The notes under the pieces were generated by a model that worked only from the letters and a program-made list of their open reading frames with translations, had not been told where the DNA came from and searched no databases. Made by a program: the position numbers and the translations under genes. Positions 62,460 to 64,000 of a DNA stretch of 64,000 nucleotides are shown piece after piece. Numbering within the stretch: position 1 is the stretch's first letter; each line of letters opens with the position of its first letter. Location of the stretch: assembly GCA_025360585.1 (NCBI GenBank), contig JANYBW010000045.1, positions 585 through 64,584 on the forward strand, given 5' to 3'. Source of the stretch: Actinomycetes bacterium. GTDB lineage: Bacteria > Actinomycetota > Acidimicrobiia > IMCC26256 > PALSA-610.

Positions 62460-64000
62460 ATGAGCCCCTCCGAAGTGACAGCCGACGAAGCCCCAACCTC
62501 GGCGCCCACCGTAGTGGTGATTGGTGCCGGGCCCGCTGGCTTGACTGCGGCTTACCAACTTTCGAAGCAAGGCGTGCAGTCGATCATCCTCGAATCGGAT
62601 TCCGTAGTAGGGGGCATCAGCCGCACAGTGGAGCGCGACGGTTGGCGTTTCGATATTGGGGGCCATCGCTTCTTCACCAAAGTCCAGCCGGTAGACGATC
62701 TTTGGTTCGAGATCCTCGGCAAGGATGAATTTTTGCAGCGGCCGCGTATGAGCAGAATCTTGTACCGTGGGAAACTCTACGACTATCCACTCAAACCAAT
62801 TAACGCGCTCAAGAACCTGGGCCTGATCGAGGCCGTGCGGTGCGTTGCTTCGTATGCATGGGTGCGCGTCCGCCCGCCCAAAGACGTTTCCAACCTCGAA
62901 GGGTTCTACGCCAGCCAGTTTGGTTGGCGCTTGTACGAACACTTCTTTCGCCGCTACAACGAAAAGGTGTGGGGCGTACCGACCAAAGAGATGTCCGCCG
63001 ATTTTGGCGCGCAACGGGTGAAAGGTATGTCGCTGTCGACCGCGATTATCGACGCGCTTACTCCGAAGATGATTAAGGCCCGTAAATCGAAGTCTTCGCA
63101 GACAACATCGTTAATCGAGACATTCAACTATCCGAAGTTTGGTCCGGGCCAGATGTGGGAGCGCTGCACCGAAATTCTCGCGGAGCGCGGATCCGATGTG
63201 CAGTTTCGGATGACTGTCGTCGGCATCGAACACGCTGATGGTGCGGCGACGACCGTGGTTGCAACCGATCGCGATGGCGCCGAGCACCGCTTTACGTGCG
63301 AGTACGTGGTGAGCTCAATGCCGATGGGGGAGCTCCTCCAATCGATGAGCCCGCCGATCGACGACCGCACAGCCAAGGCTGCGGCGGGGCTGACGTATCG
63401 CGATTTCATGACCGTTGCGTTGGTGGTTCCGCAGGAATTTTCCTTTCCCGATAACTGGATCTACATCCACGACCCCGCGGTCAAGGTTGGGCGCATCCAA
63501 AACTTTGGATCGTGGTCTCCGTATCTCGTCAAGGAAGGCCGAACGTGTCTCGGGCTTGAGTTCTTTGTGAACGAAGGCGATTCCATGTGGACGAAATCCG
63601 ACGATGATTTGATCGCCCAAGCGAAACAAGAAATTCAGCAGCTTGGTTTGGCCGATGCTTCAAAAGTAGAAGCTGGGTACGTCGTGCGGATGCCCAAGGC
63701 CTATCCAGTCTACGACGAGTTCTACAAAGACAATGTCGTCGTGTTGCGCGATTGGATTACGGCGAATGCCCCCAATGTGATGCCGGCCGGACGGAACGGC
63801 ATGCACAAGTACAACAACCAGGATCACTCGATGCTCACTGCGATGTTGTCCGCGGAAAATATTCTCGGCGCACACCACGATGTGTGGACGGTCAACGTTG
63901 AGGCCGAATATCACGAAGAGAGTGGCCCGCGTCCGGGTTCTGAAGGTACCGGGCGCGACGCTCCGGTGTTGGAACGCTCCGTGATTGATGCCGCGGCGCT
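62460..64000 (+). CDS. NAD(P)/FAD-dependent oxidoreductase (amine-oxidase/UDP-galactopyranose-mutase-like), 3' end beyond window
   Basis: My own translation starts at ATG 62460 and is open to the window end: MSPSEVTADEAPTSAPTVVVIGAGPAGLTAAYQL (GxGxxG) ...GGISRT...GGHRFF...GRNGMHKYNNQDHSM. It is not in the ORF track because there is no stop. The 62322-63014 minus ORF is its shadow. Confidence 0.85.
   Translation, partial: MSPSEVTADEAPTSAPTVVVIGAGPAGLTAAYQLSKQGVQSIILESDSVVGGISRTVERDGWRFDIGGHRFFTKVQPVDDLWFEILGKDEFLQRPRMSRILYRGKLYDYPLKPINALKNLGLIEAVRCVASYAWVRVRPPKDVSNLEGFYASQFGWRLYEHFFRRYNEKVWGVPTKEMSADFGAQRVKGMSLSTAIIDALTPKMIKARKSKSSQTTSLIETFNYPKFGPGQMWERCTEILAERGSDVQFRMTVVGIEHADGAATTVVATDRDGAEHRFTCEYVVSSMPMGELLQSMSPPIDDRTAKAAAGLTYRDFMTVALVVPQEFSFPDNWIYIHDPAVKVGRIQNFGSWSPYLVKEGRTCLGLEFFVNEGDSMWTKSDDDLIAQAKQEIQQLGLADASKVEAGYVVRMPKAYPVYDEFYKDNVVVLRDWITANAPNVMPAGRNGMHKYNNQDHSMLTAMLSAENILGAHHDVWTVNVEAEYHEESGPRPGSEGTGRDAPVLERSVIDAAA

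Overview
This window is a GC-rich, densely coding chromosomal segment whose gene content looks Actinomycetota-like. That impression rests on an F420-type LLM oxidoreductase, HisN, a 1612-aa NAD-glutamate dehydrogenase, an actinobacterial-style Tad/Flp pilus operon with a DUF4244-like pilin, and a CvnA-like sensor. I call about 58 protein genes, one tRNA-Val(GAC), one tmRNA-like RNA locus and several hairpins and short tandem repeats.

Layout:
- 1-1.2 kb: truncated GHKL ATPase gene, then an AT-rich patch with a tmRNA-like 3' domain and a terminator.
- 1.2-17 kb: housekeeping and metabolic genes (GatB/YqeY, a glycoside hydrolase, a YcaQ-type glycosylase, HAD, LLM oxidoreductase, a beta-helix protein, an acyl-CoA ligase, a CvnA-like sensor, an SDR).
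- 17.2-24.3 kb: HTH gene divergent from a translationally coupled cpaB-tadZ-tadA-tadB-tadC-flp-tadE-tadE-tadG operon.
- 24-36 kb: thiolase, acyltransferase, NAD-GDH, hisN, an FGGY kinase, and a ferredoxin/DUF35/SCPx-thiolase set.
- 36-40.4 kb: Arn-like amino-sugar module.
- 40.5-44.3 kb: tightly coupled operon (disordered secreted protein, di-heme ferric-reductase-like membrane protein, FGE-fold protein) divergent from a paralogous disordered protein and ApbE.
- 44.4-53.6 kb: acyl-CoA metabolism, a KNTase-like nucleotidyltransferase, PilZ, a D-aminoacylase, an FG-GAP protein, an ADH and a VOC protein.
- 53.7-64 kb: large envelope-glycan cluster with three GT-C paralogs and two fusion enzymes.

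I did not find a clear-cut, entirely new multi-gene system such as a defence island. The best candidates for something undescribed are:
- the MsrQ-like/FGE-like/disordered-protein operon next to ApbE;
- the anomalous tmRNA-like locus with repeated AT-rich motifs beside the GHKL ATPase;
- the orphan CvnA-like sensor with an internally duplicated partner;
- intergenic 12-14 nt tandem arrays that share a CGAAC core.

All calls come from reading the sequence and the ORF track. No database search was run. Many longest-ORF starts in the track overshoot, so I chose internal starts where ATGA or GTGA overlaps, SD sequences or signal peptides supported them.
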